Source: Candidatus Cloacimonadota bacterium
GTDB taxonomy: Bacteria > Cloacimonadota > Cloacimonadia > Cloacimonadales > TCS61
Assembly (NCBI GenBank): GCA_021157525.1
Contig: JAGGWK010000060.1
Location: 11,293-75,292, forward strand
Reading direction: 5' to 3'
Length of the DNA stretch: 64,000 nucleotides
The notes beneath the pieces were generated by a model that saw nothing but the letters and a program-made list of their open reading frames with translations, did not search any database and was not told the origin of the DNA. Of this stretch, positions 48,705-59,144 are shown in pieces; the stretch's first letter is position 1; each line of letters begins with the position of its first letter. Position numbers and translations under genes: made by a program.

Positions 48705-50210
48705 ATGAAAGAAAAAGTATTTAGTGAGCTTATTATTAATGTACACCCGTTTGAAACACGGGTGGCGTTACTAGAAGACAATAAACTCGTTGAGCTGTTT
48801 ACCGAAAAAAAAGAACAGCAGATTGTTGTAGGTAATATCTACAAAGGCATTATCCGGAATGTGCTCCCCGGAATGGGGGCAGCATTTGTGGACATCGGCC
48901 TCGCCCGTACCGCATTTTTACACTTCTCTGACATTGATGGGCAATTCCTTCCCCCCGCCAAACGACGCATGCTGAAATCCCGGGATTCTTCAAAAATCAG
49001 CAGAGTTTTGTCTCCAGGACAGGAAATCCTCGTTCAAGTAAAAAAAGACCCACTGGGCAAAAAGGGCGCACGCATCACTGGAAAAATATCCATCCCTGGA
49101 AAATTCCTGGTTTATATGCCCAGCCAGAACAAGGTTTCTATCTCGAGGAAAATTACATCCAATGCAGAGAAGAACCGCATCCGGGAAATCATTCGAGAAA
49201 TCAAAGATCCGGCGGTTGGCCTTATTGTTCGTACCGATACCGAAGGAATTACCAAAGAGGACTTCATTCAGGAATATAATGGATTGCACAAAACCTGGAA
49301 ATTCGTGGAAAAGCAAAATAAGTATGCAAAAGCACCTTATTGCCTTTTTAATCAGAGTGATTTGTCATTTTCCCTTATCCGAGACCTTTTCAGCACAGAG
49401 ATCGAACACCTTGTGGTTGATGACAAACGGATGAAAAACGAGATTGTCAGCAATCTGAAAACCGTGATGCCTGAACTGATTGATCGGGTAGAATACTACA
49501 ATGAAGAGTCGCCGATATTCGACACCTTTGGCATTGAAAAAGAGCTTCAAATGATTTTCCGATCTCGTATCGGCTTACCAAGCGGTGGTAACATTACCAT
49601 CCAACAAACCGAAGCACTGGTAGCCATAGACGTCAATACCGGCAGTTTTACCGGCAACAGAAATTATGAGGAAACGATATGCCGGACGAATATCGAAGCG
49701 GCAATTGAACTTGCCAGACAAATCCGCTTGAGAGATCTTTGCGGGATTATGGTTGTGGACTTCATAGACATGACAAGCGAAGCAGATCAGGATGAAGTAT
49801 TCAGCGTGTTGAAATACTCGATGAAACGAGACCGCGCGAAGAATAAGATTTTCCCCTTCTCACCATTGGGACTGGTAGAAATTTCCCGTAAACGGACTCG
49901 TCCCAGTCTGTTGCTCTCCTATTCGGAGATGTGCCCATATTGCAACGGTACCGGGCGTTTGCTCTCTCGAGATTCGATGGCAGTGCAGATATCTCGCTGG
50001 CTTCAGCGGGCAAAGTTCTTCATTAAAAACGAACCACTCAAGCTCCGTGCTCATCCCAATGTTATCACGTTTTTGAAAACCAATTCCGAGGTTTTGGAGA
50101 GCACAAGCAACCAGATTACATTCGAGGCATCAGAAGACATGAAGCTTGACGAATTCGTCATCCTGTCTGGGATTACAGGCAAAGAGCTTACCCGTCAATA
50201 TAATGCTTGA
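48705..50210 (+). CDS. rng: ribonuclease G/E family endoribonuclease (Rng-like)
   Basis: 501 aa; N-terminal S1 domain, DNase I-like catalytic core IDVNTGSF; no long C-terminal scaffold so RNase G-type. Confidence 0.8.
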   Translation: MKEKVFSELIINVHPFETRVALLEDNKLVELFTEKKEQQIVVGNIYKGIIRNVLPGMGAAFVDIGLARTAFLHFSDIDGQFLPPAKRRMLKSRDSSKISRVLSPGQEILVQVKKDPLGKKGARITGKISIPGKFLVYMPSQNKVSISRKITSNAEKNRIREIIREIKDPAVGLIVRTDTEGITKEDFIQEYNGLHKTWKFVEKQNKYAKAPYCLFNQSDLSFSLIRDLFSTEIEHLVVDDKRMKNEIVSNLKTVMPELIDRVEYYNEESPIFDTFGIEKELQMIFRSRIGLPSGGNITIQQTEALVAIDVNTGSFTGNRNYEETICRTNIEAAIELARQIRLRDLCGIMVVDFIDMTSEADQDEVFSVLKYSMKRDRAKNKIFPFSPLGLVEISRKRTRPSLLLSYSEMCPYCNGTGRLLSRDSMAVQISRWLQRAKFFIKNEPLKLRAHPNVITFLKTNSEVLESTSNQITFEASEDMKLDEFVILSGITGKELTRQYNA

Positions 50211-50277
50211 CAATGTAATGGGGTGAAAACTTCTTTGATTTTTCCAAAAGAATATAGTGATAAATAAGGAGATAGAG

Positions 50278-50592
50278 ATGTACGCGATTGTAGATTTTAA
50301 GGGTACCCAGTTTACCGTTGAAAAAGATATGACGGTAAAAGTGCCTTATATGAAAGAATATGAAATCGGTACCGAGGTGGAACTTGATCGCGTTCTTTTC
50401 GTACAAGATGGTGATGACACAATGATTGGCCGTCCTACAGTGGAGAATGCAAAAGTTGTTGCAGAACTGACAGGCCACTCAAAAGATAAAAAGATCATCG
50501 TCTTCAAGAAAAAACGCAGAAAAGGGTACCAGAAAAAACAGGGCCATCGTCAAAACTGGTCAACGTTAAAAATCAAGGATATCGTTAAATAA
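50278..50592 (+). CDS. rplU: 50S ribosomal protein L21
   Basis: MYAIVDFKGTQF N-terminus; start at ATG 50278 after GGAG. Confidence 0.9.
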   Translation: MYAIVDFKGTQFTVEKDMTVKVPYMKEYEIGTEVELDRVLFVQDGDDTMIGRPTVENAKVVAELTGHSKDKKIIVFKKKRRKGYQKKQGHRQNWSTLKIKDIVK

Positions 50593-50607
50593 CACGGGAG
50601 GATTTCC

Positions 50608-50871
50608 ATGGCACATAAGAAAGGTGTTGGTAGTAGTAAAAACGGTCGGGACAGTAATCCTCAATATTTAGGCGTGAAAAAATATGGTGGTCAGTTTGTT
50701 CTGGCTGGAAATATCATTGTTCGTCAACGGGGAACCAAGTTTCACAAAGGCGAAAATGTTGGATTAGGCAAAGATTATACGCTTTTTAGTCTGGTAGATG
50801 GTTATGTCAAATTCGAAACCAAAAAAGCCGGGAGAAAATTTGTAAGCGTGCATCCGGAAAAAGCCAACTAG
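50608..50871 (+). CDS. rpmA: 50S ribosomal protein L27
   Basis: [24 protein letters not shown] conserved N-terminus. Confidence 0.9.
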   Translation: MAHKKGVGSSKNGRDSNPQYLGVKKYGGQFVLAGNIIVRQRGTKFHKGENVGLGKDYTLFSLVDGYVKFETKKAGRKFVSVHPEKAN

Positions 50872-50897
50872 ATACGCGATCCCGTCGGATTTTTTAA

Positions 50898-50920
50898 GCA
50901 GCCAGCAGGCTGCTTTTTTA
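50898..50920 (+). terminator. rho-independent terminator after rpmA
   Basis: GCAGCCAGCAGGCTGC hairpin + TTTTTTA. Confidence 0.7.
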
Positions 50921-51007
50921 TTTTCATTTTTTTTTACTTTGCACTTGACCTCTTACCCTCACCTTAACAATCTATGCGTCATATTTAAATTATCTATGGG
51001 AGGAGAG

Positions 51008-52669
51008 ATGGCTTTAATGACCATGAAAGAGATGTATAGTCGCGTAGATTCAGCAATTACGCAACATCAGGATGTAAAGAATAACATACCCCGTACTGAA
51101 ATGATACGTGATGCTGTGGCTAATGGAGAAGCTCTGCCGGCGGCAAATGGTGCCCTCGCTACCTGGACACCTCCAGAATCTACCGGACGGAGCCCAAAAG
51201 ATACAATCACCGTAAAACACCCGGACTCATACCACAATATCGACTGGGATTCACCTAATAATTTGCCCCTGGAACCTTCTACCTTTGATATGCTGTTTGA
51301 AGACGCCCTGACCCTGATCAATAACAAAAAGACCCTTTACATCACAGACAGAGTGGTGGGAGCCGATTCCTCCTATGCCCTGCCTACTCGCGTCATTACC
51401 GATTGCGCACTCACCGCACTTTTCACAGATAATATGTTCCGTCCCGTACCCGAAGATATCGAAAGCAGCTGCTTCGCAGATAAACCTTTCACACTGATGG
51501 TTTTCCCCTATAATAAACTTCAGCGGGACCGCTACAAAGGCCTTCTGCGCACCATGCCAGATGGTCAAACATCCAACATGGCTGTTGCAATGGACTTCGA
51601 TCGCCGCATGGGTATTATCATCGGCTCCGCCTATGGTGGTAGCGTGAAAAAACTGATGTTCACCGTTATGAACTACTATCTGCCATTGATAGGCATCCTT
51701 CCTTTGCACTGTTCGGCAAATGAAGGCAAAGACGGCGACTCTGCTCTGCTTCTGGGCTTATCGGGAACCGGGAAAACCACTCTCTCTGCAGATCCAAATC
51801 GCGCCCTGCTGGGTGACGATGAGCATGGCTGGAGCAACGAAGGTATCGCCAACTTTGAAAACGGCTGCTATGCCAAACTGATCAACCTCAGTGTCCAAAA
51901 AGAACCGGAAATTTACAAAGCCGTCTTCCACGATGATGACTACCTCAAACATGGTTCCATCATAGAAAACTGCATGATGTACCCCAACGGACATTTTGAT
52001 CTGGATGATGAACGCCTGACACCAAATTCCCGTGGCTCATACCCCCTTACCTTCCTCAGCAATATCAAGCCATCATCAAAATCGGGACATCCCACGACCA
52101 TCCTCTTCCTCACTGCAGATGCAAATGCGGTAGTGCCTCCGGTATCCAAACTCACCGCACCCCAGGCAATGTTGTGGTTCCTCATGGGCTACACCAGTAA
52201 ATTGGCTGGCACCGAAACCGGCATCGTAGAGCCGGTATCAACCTTCTCGCGCTTCTTTGGTCAGCCTTTTATGCCCTGCAATCCAAACAGATATGCCACG
52301 ATGCTGGGAGAGAAAATGAAGGAACACGGCACCAACGTCTATCTGGTAAATACCGGATGGAGCGGAGGCCCCTACGGCGTGGGCTCACGTATGGATATCA
52401 ACCTTACTCGCAGCCTGGTAAATGCCGCCCTTACCGGAGAACTGGAAAAAGTAGATTACCGCGAGGATACGCTGTTGCACATCATGGTACCTACCTCCTG
52501 CCCAGGAGTGGATGCCACTATCCTGAACCCCAGAAACACCTGGGAAGACAAAGCTGCTTTTGATGCTCGCGCACAAAAACTGGCTCAAGACTTCAGTGAT
52601 TATTTCGACAAAGCCTACGGCAATAAAGAGCTGGATCCCGCTATTGTAGCTCAATGCCCGGGAAAATAG
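51008..52669 (+). CDS. pckA: phosphoenolpyruvate carboxykinase (ATP)
   Basis: kinase-1a loop GLSGTGKTTLS, PCK signature; start at ATG 51008 after GGAGGAG. Confidence 0.9.
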   Translation: MALMTMKEMYSRVDSAITQHQDVKNNIPRTEMIRDAVANGEALPAANGALATWTPPESTGRSPKDTITVKHPDSYHNIDWDSPNNLPLEPSTFDMLFEDALTLINNKKTLYITDRVVGADSSYALPTRVITDCALTALFTDNMFRPVPEDIESSCFADKPFTLMVFPYNKLQRDRYKGLLRTMPDGQTSNMAVAMDFDRRMGIIIGSAYGGSVKKLMFTVMNYYLPLIGILPLHCSANEGKDGDSALLLGLSGTGKTTLSADPNRALLGDDEHGWSNEGIANFENGCYAKLINLSVQKEPEIYKAVFHDDDYLKHGSIIENCMMYPNGHFDLDDERLTPNSRGSYPLTFLSNIKPSSKSGHPTTILFLTADANAVVPPVSKLTAPQAMLWFLMGYTSKLAGTETGIVEPVSTFSRFFGQPFMPCNPNRYATMLGEKMKEHGTNVYLVNTGWSGGPYGVGSRMDINLTRSLVNAALTGELEKVDYREDTLLHIMVPTSCPGVDATILNPRNTWEDKAAFDARAQKLAQDFSDYFDKAYGNKELDPAIVAQCPGK

Positions 52670-52688
52670 GCAATACATCTATGAAAAA

Positions 52689-52892
52689 GGCCATCCCACA
52701 ACCGAAAAGCTGAGACCTCTACTCTCCATTCCTCAACGGAAGGTCGCCGTGCAAGTCCACTACGGTCCCGGCTTCTACGGCTAAAGCCGATACGCCGCGA
52801 CACAGCGGGGTGACAGCGACTTAGAAGTGGCGGCTTAAAACGGAAATTTGAATTTCTGCTTTTTTGCTTCTCTCTCGGTTATAGGATGGCTC
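52689..52892. repeat. about 205-bp repeat element copy 2 with terminal inverted repeats
   Basis: GGCCATCCCACAACCG ... CGGTTATAGGATGGC(TCC) arms; shares CTGAGACCTCTACTCTCCAT core with copy 1; begins 20 nt after pckA stop. Confidence 0.7.
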
Positions 52893-53073
52893 CTTTTTCT
52901 CTATGCTGAAATTCAATCCCATCTTCACTCCTTCTGGGTATCTGAAAAGCAGTAAATTTATGCGTAATCTTCCCCTAAAACGGTGTAATGACACCGGGCA
53001 GAAGACATTTTCTTTGACACAGCATCCCACCCTTCAAAGTGTTGCGCATGCAACAAAAAGGTGAGGGATAACA

Positions 53074-53517
53074 ATGTGGAGAGACAAAGCTGTAGCCTAC
53101 TGGATAAATCTGATTTCTCAGACATCCAGGACCCATATCGATCGGGAACTTGCTCCCCTTAAACTCAGCTCGGGAGCCTGCAATATCCTGATGGTGCTGT
53201 TTCGCCAAAATGGCATGTCTCAGCGGGATCTCTGCCGGATACTGCTGGTGCACAAGGCAAACATCACCAGGGCATTGCAGAAGCTTGAAAAGCAGGGATT
53301 TGTTCGCCGCAAACCAGACCCCTCCGACAGTCGCACCTACCGCATTTACCTTACGAACAAAGCCCATGACCAGCGAAGCAACATCAAGGAGCAACTCAGG
53401 GCCTGGGATATCCATCTGCGGGAATCACTACTGCCCCGGGAACAGGAAGAATTACTTCGATTACTCCGCAAGATTGCCAAATATCTGCATCCATCCAAAG
53501 CCGGTGACGCCTTATGA
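53074..53517 (+). CDS. MarR family transcriptional regulator
   Basis: 147 aa winged HTH (MSQRDLCRILLVHKANITRALQKLEKQGFVRR). Confidence 0.85.
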   Translation: MWRDKAVAYWINLISQTSRTHIDRELAPLKLSSGACNILMVLFRQNGMSQRDLCRILLVHKANITRALQKLEKQGFVRRKPDPSDSRTYRIYLTNKAHDQRSNIKEQLRAWDIHLRESLLPREQEELLRLLRKIAKYLHPSKAGDAL

Positions 53518-54857
53518 GCCAAAAGCCCATACTGGCAGATACCAATATTCCCCGGCTTCTGATTAAACTCTCGGCTCCGGCCACGGTAGGGATGGCTGTG
53601 ATGGCCCTTTACAACGTGGTTGATACAATTTTCGTCAGTCGCGGCATAGGCTCTCTGGCCATCGCTGGCATTGCCATTGTGTTTCCTATTCACCTCATGA
53701 TGCTGGCTCTTGGTCAGCTTATAGGGATGGGAACCGCATCGCTGATTTCCCGCAGTTTAGGAGCCGGAGATACGCAAAAAGCCCACTACGCTTTCGGCAA
53801 TGCCATGGTGTGCATCGGAATCATTGGTGCCATCATCACCGCACTGAGCTATATTTTTATGGATAATCTACTGGTACTCTTTGGCGCTACCGAAGCCATC
53901 CTGCCTTACGCCCGCCAATACCTGGGCATCATTGTGGGAAACACCACCGGTTTCATGTTTATCATCACCAGCAACAACATCATCCGCTCCGAAGGCCACG
54001 CCCGCACAGCCATGAAACTTATGATGAATTCCGCCATCATCAACATCATCTTGGACCCTATTTTCATCTTCGGCTTTCATCTGGGCATCCAGGGAGCCGC
54101 CATCGCCACTGTTATCGCCCAACTCACCACGGCCGTGAGAGCCATCATCTTTTTCCAGTCAGGCGTGAGCATCCTGCACATCAAGCTCCGTTATTTCAGG
54201 ATGCAGTGGCGTATCATCAGCGAAGTAATGGCAGTGGGGAGCTCGTCCTTTATCCGCCAGATCGCCGGCAGCATCGTAGTGATAGCGATAAACAAAGCTC
54301 TGGCCTGTTATGGAGATGACCTCTACATCGCAGCCTACGGCGTAATCAATCGACTGATGAGCTTTGCCATCATGCCAATTTCCGGTATTGCTCAGGGGAT
54401 GCAGCCTATCATCGGCTTCAACTATGGTGCTGGCCGTAACGAGCTGGTGAAGAAAACCATTCGCCTGGCAATGATGCTTGCAACTCTTTTTTCCTGCGTG
54501 AGTTTTGTTGTGTTCTACTTTTTCCCGCAACTGCTGTTCCGCATCTTTACCGATGATCAACAACTCATCGCCCGGGGTATTCCCTCCATCAAGCTTCTCA
54601 TTTTGGCAGGACCGATTATCGGGTTTCATATTATCGGGACGGTGGTATTTCAGTCCCTGGGAAAAGCCTTCCCCTCCCTGATGCTCTCACTGTCGCGACA
54701 GATTATCTTTCTCATTCCCATATTGCTGCTGTTGCCCCGAGCTATCGGGATGCCGGGGGTATGGCTTGCCTTTCCTCTGTCGGATTTTTTGGCAGCCATC
54801 GTTACCCTTATTCTCATTATCCCACTCTTCCGGCATCAATTGAACAGCGGGGAATAG
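53514..54857 (+). CDS. MATE family efflux transporter
   Basis: 447 aa, 12 TM, MATE N-terminus; ATGA overlap with marR. Confidence 0.85.
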   Translation: MSQKPILADTNIPRLLIKLSAPATVGMAVMALYNVVDTIFVSRGIGSLAIAGIAIVFPIHLMMLALGQLIGMGTASLISRSLGAGDTQKAHYAFGNAMVCIGIIGAIITALSYIFMDNLLVLFGATEAILPYARQYLGIIVGNTTGFMFIITSNNIIRSEGHARTAMKLMMNSAIINIILDPIFIFGFHLGIQGAAIATVIAQLTTAVRAIIFFQSGVSILHIKLRYFRMQWRIISEVMAVGSSSFIRQIAGSIVVIAINKALACYGDDLYIAAYGVINRLMSFAIMPISGIAQGMQPIIGFNYGAGRNELVKKTIRLAMMLATLFSCVSFVVFYFFPQLLFRIFTDDQQLIARGIPSIKLLILAGPIIGFHIIGTVVFQSLGKAFPSLMLSLSRQIIFLIPILLLLPRAIGMPGVWLAFPLSDFLAAIVTLILIIPLFRHQLNSGE

Positions 54858-54965
54858 GCTGATGAGAAACTACAGGCTTATTGCATCCATAAAGAAAATA
54901 ACTTGTCAGAACAGAGCACAGATTCCAGTTAGGCTAAATAGTATGGGTAATAAGGAATCAGAGAT

Positions 54966-55838
54966 ATGACGAATTATATATTGGCAATGGTTCTTGGAAT
55001 CATTGGTACCGTCACGATACATCTGGCAAAATGCTTTCAGCGGCAGGGCATACATACTTTCCATCAGTCGTTGAAAAACCTCTCAAACGGCAAAAAACCA
55101 CATCGTTCTAAGACCTATATGATGGGCGTAATCTTGGCAAACAGTGCTTTTTTCTTTGTCATCATCGCAAACCGATTAGCCCCGCCGTCGTACTACACAT
55201 CGATGTTTGGCTTTGGCCTTGTAGTCCTGATGGTTTACTCCGACAAGGTTTTGAAAGAGCCCATACGCACCCGGGAATATATTGGCACTGCCATCCTTGT
55301 GGTGGGCACTGTCGCCCTGGGAGTGGAGAACATCCGCAATCCATTAGAAGACTTTTCGATAATTAACTATCACCTAGTATGGATAACACTGGGGATTTTT
55401 CTCCTCATCAGTGGGCCACTGTTGATTTTTAGTCTGAAAAAAGACAATCACATTCTCATCGGAGTCATTTTTGGTCTCATCACCGGTGCCACCGCCAGCA
55501 TGGATCCTTTCTTCAAGGGCATTGGCCAGCATCTGGGGGGTACCCCCGGTTTCATACCATCGGTACCCATTGGCTGGTTCTATTTCATCATCAGCTTCGC
55601 CTTTTCCACCACCCAATTTCTTCTCACGCAACTGGGATTTCTGCGCCGCGCCCACGCCTCAGTGCTGGTTCCCATTCACAACACCGCCTACATCATATTT
55701 CCCATCCTCATCCAGCAGGTAGCTGTACCAAACTACTCTATCACTATGCTTACCGGGGTGGGACTCGGTCTCATCATCTTTGGTGCTTCACTGCTGCATC
55801 CTTTGAACAAACAGAAATTCTCTCTGGATTTGATGTAA
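54966..55838 (+). CDS. polytopic membrane protein (DMT-fold, NIPA/DUF803-like)
   Basis: 290 aa, about 9 TM; N-terminal LGIIGTVTIHLAKCFQRQG resembles NIPA Mg transporter signature; weak. Confidence 0.4.
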   Translation: MTNYILAMVLGIIGTVTIHLAKCFQRQGIHTFHQSLKNLSNGKKPHRSKTYMMGVILANSAFFFVIIANRLAPPSYYTSMFGFGLVVLMVYSDKVLKEPIRTREYIGTAILVVGTVALGVENIRNPLEDFSIINYHLVWITLGIFLLISGPLLIFSLKKDNHILIGVIFGLITGATASMDPFFKGIGQHLGGTPGFIPSVPIGWFYFIISFAFSTTQFLLTQLGFLRRAHASVLVPIHNTAYIIFPILIQQVAVPNYSITMLTGVGLGLIIFGASLLHPLNKQKFSLDLM

Positions 55839-55904
55839 CAAACCAGTTGCTGACAATCCCTGAAAAGATAGTTTATTTACATTAGGAAATACACAGGAGG
55901 AATT

Positions 55905-56651
55905 ATGGATCCATTATTACTGAGAGTACTTATCGGCGTTGCCGTCATCTTTGTCCTTAGCGCATTGCGCATCGTGCGAGAATACGAGCGTGGTGTGATT
56001 TTCCGTTTAGGCAGATTGCTCAAAGCAAAAGGCCCCGGCCTTATTATCGTTATTCCCATCATCGATAAAATGGTGAAAGTAGAGCTCCGTACCGTTACTC
56101 TGGACGTTCCTCCTCAGGATATCATCACCCGTGATAACGTGCCGGTGAAGGTAAATGCGGTGGTGTACTTTAAAGTGGTAAATCCCGAAGACGCCATCGT
56201 GAAGGTGAAAAATTACTACCATGCCACCTCTCAGATTGCCCAGACGACGCTGCGTAATATCTTGGGAAAATCCGATCTGGACGAGCTCTTATCAAATCGC
56301 GACAAAATCAGCCATGACCTGCAAAAAATCATTGATGAGCAGACCGATCCCTGGGGCATAAAGGTGAGCATCGTAGAAGTTAAGGATGTGGAACTCCCCC
56401 AATCCATGCAGCGGGCTATGGCCAAACAGGCTGAAGCAGAGCGGGAACGCCGCGCCAAAATCATTCATGCCGAAGGCGAATTCCAGGCATCAACCAAACT
56501 TTCCGATGCTGCCGGCATACTGGCGAAAAACGAAGCCGCCATCCAGTTGCGCTTCTTACAAACCCTCACCGAAATCTCCGCTGAGAAAAATTCCACCATC
56601 ATCTTCCCCGTGCCGATAAACCTCTTAAATTCATTTATAAAAAAGGATTAG
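55905..56651 (+). CDS. SPFH/band-7 (stomatin-like) protein
   Basis: N-terminal TM anchor, band-7 core ([14 protein letters not shown]...), coiled-coil C-terminus. Confidence 0.85.
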   Translation: MDPLLLRVLIGVAVIFVLSALRIVREYERGVIFRLGRLLKAKGPGLIIVIPIIDKMVKVELRTVTLDVPPQDIITRDNVPVKVNAVVYFKVVNPEDAIVKVKNYYHATSQIAQTTLRNILGKSDLDELLSNRDKISHDLQKIIDEQTDPWGIKVSIVEVKDVELPQSMQRAMAKQAEAERERRAKIIHAEGEFQASTKLSDAAGILAKNEAAIQLRFLQTLTEISAEKNSTIIFPVPINLLNSFIKKD

Positions 56652-56653
56652 CC

Positions 56654-57610
56654 ATGCATAAACTCCCTCTCTTGCTCGTTGCAGTTTTGCTGGTTCTGGC
56701 AGGATGCGCATCCCAAAAAGCCACCTCCGCCCCATCTCTGCCTATCTTCGATCTTCAGTGGGATTACCAGCATCCCGACTCCACCGAAACACACTTTACC
56801 GCCATCCTGCGGCAGGCGGAAAATCGCCATCTGGCCACATACAATCCCTCGTATCACGCCCAATTACTCACCCAGATCGCTCGCGCCCAGGGGCTCCAAG
56901 GCAAATTTGCCGAAGCACAAACATCCCTGGATGCAGCCGCCAAAATCATCACCGATGAGATGCCATCAGCCCACATCCGCTATCTGCTGGAACAGGGCCG
57001 CATCGATAATGCATCCGGCAAAAAAGAAGAAGCCAAAGCACTTTTTATGGATGCCTGGGAGTTTGGACGTGACAAAAATCTGGAACTTTACGCCCTGGAT
57101 GCTGTGCACATGCTGGGTATTGTGGATGTTCCGGAGAAACAGCTGGAATGGAATCTCAAAGCCCTTCAAATAGCTGAAGATTCTTGGGATAAACGCTGCA
57201 AAGCCTGGCTGGGCGCACTCTATAACAACATCGGCTGGAGCTATTATGACATGGGAAACTACCAGACAGCTCTGGAGTATTTTGAAAAAGGACTGGCCTG
57301 GCGGCAGAAAAAAAATGATGCCTATGGCACTCGCATCGCCAAATGGGCGGTTGCCCGAACACATCGGTCGTTGGGTCATACGGACATTGCCCTGAAGATG
57401 CAGTTGGAGCTGCTGGATGAGATTTCCCGGCTCAATCTACCGCCAGACGGCTATGTACACGAAGAATTGGGAGAGCTGTATCTGCTCAAAGGCGATGCGG
57501 ATGCGGCAAAACAACAGTTCGCCGCAGCCTGGAAAATACTCTCTGCTGACTCATGGCTGCAACAGAATGAACCAGCACGACTACAACGATTGAAGGAGCT
57601 GAGTAATTAA
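56654..57610 (+). CDS. TPR-repeat lipoprotein
   Basis: lipobox LAGCAS, multiple TPR-like helical repeats. Confidence 0.65.
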   Translation: MHKLPLLLVAVLLVLAGCASQKATSAPSLPIFDLQWDYQHPDSTETHFTAILRQAENRHLATYNPSYHAQLLTQIARAQGLQGKFAEAQTSLDAAAKIITDEMPSAHIRYLLEQGRIDNASGKKEEAKALFMDAWEFGRDKNLELYALDAVHMLGIVDVPEKQLEWNLKALQIAEDSWDKRCKAWLGALYNNIGWSYYDMGNYQTALEYFEKGLAWRQKKNDAYGTRIAKWAVARTHRSLGHTDIALKMQLELLDEISRLNLPPDGYVHEELGELYLLKGDADAAKQQFAAAWKILSADSWLQQNEPARLQRLKELSN

Positions 57611-58918
57611 ATGGCCATTACCATTGAAACCATCCATTCCCACAGTCTGGCCGCTGCCGCCGGTTTGCAGGCCGATGATAAAATCGTCAGCATCAATGGC
57701 CACACCGTCACCGATTTTCTCGATCTGCAATTTTACGGCGCAGACAAAGAACTTACCATCCAATTTTTGCGGGATGGAAAAGCTCACACCCTCCACATCA
57801 GTCAAGACTGGGAAACCCCTCTGGGCATCGAACCGGTGGAGCATCGCTGCCGCACCTGCGTCAACCACTGCATCTTCTGCTTTGTGGACCAGATGCGCCC
57901 CGGCATCCGCGACACGCTGCATATCAAAGATGATGACTTTCGCCTTTCCTTCGTGTTTGGCAATTTCATCACTCTCACCAATCTGAATCAACTGGACATT
58001 GCGAAAATCATTGAACAACGTCTCAGCCCACTCTATATCTCCGTGCATACTACCAATCCTGAACTGCATAAACGCATGCTGCGCTACCACCATGATTTCA
58101 ACATCCTGCATACCCTGCGCTATCTCTCTGCTGCGGGCATCAGTTTTCATACCCAGATCGTGGTGATTCCCGGATGGAATGATGCCACTGAGCTGCAACG
58201 CACTCTGGATGAACTTTCCGCACCAGACATCAGCACCCTCACCATCGGCATCGTACCCGTGGGCATCACCAGATACAGGGAATCCCTTACACCGCTGTCA
58301 CGCATCGATGCGCTCCAGGCTACCCGCATCCTGGAGCTGGCATCCCGCTATCCAAAAGCCTTTTGCTCCGATGAATTCTATCTGCTAAGCAATACCCCCA
58401 TCCCGCCCACAAAGTTCTATGACGACTTTGCCCAATTGGAAAATGGCATCGGCATGACCCGTCTGCTGCTGAATAACTGGGCCGTGGTGAAGGAAGATTT
58501 TTGCGATGACCTGGCCTTGGTGGGCAACCGTTTCGTCTTTGTCTGTGGCATGCTTATCCGCCCGATTATCGAGAAAATCGTAGAAGAAATTTCGGCGATT
58601 TCAGGTTTGGATGCCCGGATGCAGACCATCGAAAATAACTTCCTGGGCCCGCAGGTAACGGTTACCGGCCTCTTAGCTGCTGATGATATTTTTGCGCAGC
58701 TGGAACTTACCGATGATGAAATCCCGATTTTTTCTGCCGGGATGTTTAACGACAACCTGCTTACGATTGATAACGTGGAGCAGGCAGTAATCCCGCAGCA
58801 TTTTGGCAGAGCCATCATGGTGGTGCAGGAAGAATTTGATGATTGGAAAGTGGTGGCGGGAAATGATGGATGTGAGACAGAAAATGAAATCTTGTGTTAC
58901 AAAAATGCAAAGGAATGA
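57611..58918 (+). CDS. DUF512-type protein (PDZ + Fe-S/radical-SAM-like core)
   Basis: N-terminal PDZ-like (LQADDKIVSING), Cys cluster CRTCVNHCIFC, about 435 aa as in DUF512 family. Confidence 0.6.
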   Translation: MAITIETIHSHSLAAAAGLQADDKIVSINGHTVTDFLDLQFYGADKELTIQFLRDGKAHTLHISQDWETPLGIEPVEHRCRTCVNHCIFCFVDQMRPGIRDTLHIKDDDFRLSFVFGNFITLTNLNQLDIAKIIEQRLSPLYISVHTTNPELHKRMLRYHHDFNILHTLRYLSAAGISFHTQIVVIPGWNDATELQRTLDELSAPDISTLTIGIVPVGITRYRESLTPLSRIDALQATRILELASRYPKAFCSDEFYLLSNTPIPPTKFYDDFAQLENGIGMTRLLLNNWAVVKEDFCDDLALVGNRFVFVCGMLIRPIIEKIVEEISAISGLDARMQTIENNFLGPQVTVTGLLAADDIFAQLELTDDEIPIFSAGMFNDNLLTIDNVEQAVIPQHFGRAIMVVQEEFDDWKVVAGNDGCETENEILCYKNAKE

Positions 58919-58934
58919 CTTATGGAGTATGAGT

Positions 58935-59108
58935 ACTTTGACTCACAATTTGATGATAGTAAGAGAAGCAAACAGAGAAGGAGCTCCTCAGGTGGAGCTA
59001 GTTGATGGAGAAAAGTTAGTAGAGATGTTTCATAGTTTGGAATTGGGCGTAAAGCCTAAAACCGTTTATGATGTCGATTTACAATTCTTTGATCAATACA
59101 TGGAGTGA
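58935..59108 (+). pseudogene. C-terminal remnant of an Mrr-like restriction endonuclease
   Basis: about 55 aa VELVDGEKLVEMFHSLELGV matches the conserved tail (IxLIDGxxLaxLMIxHxVGV) of Mrr_cat proteins; no catalytic N-terminal part; upstream part of listed ORF 58803..59108 is overlap artefact. Confidence 0.5.
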
Positions 59109-59144
59109 AGGTAAAACGCTTTTTCAGAGTTCGTTTTCTCATTT

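Noticed and set aside
52821-53030. 69-aa minus-strand ORF overlapping the right end of repeat copy 2, and ORFs 37129-37320 / 37184-37501 (plus) overlapping copy 1
   Set aside because: The sequence is shared between two non-coding repeat copies with different reading frames and indels, and has no RBS. It is not protein-coding.
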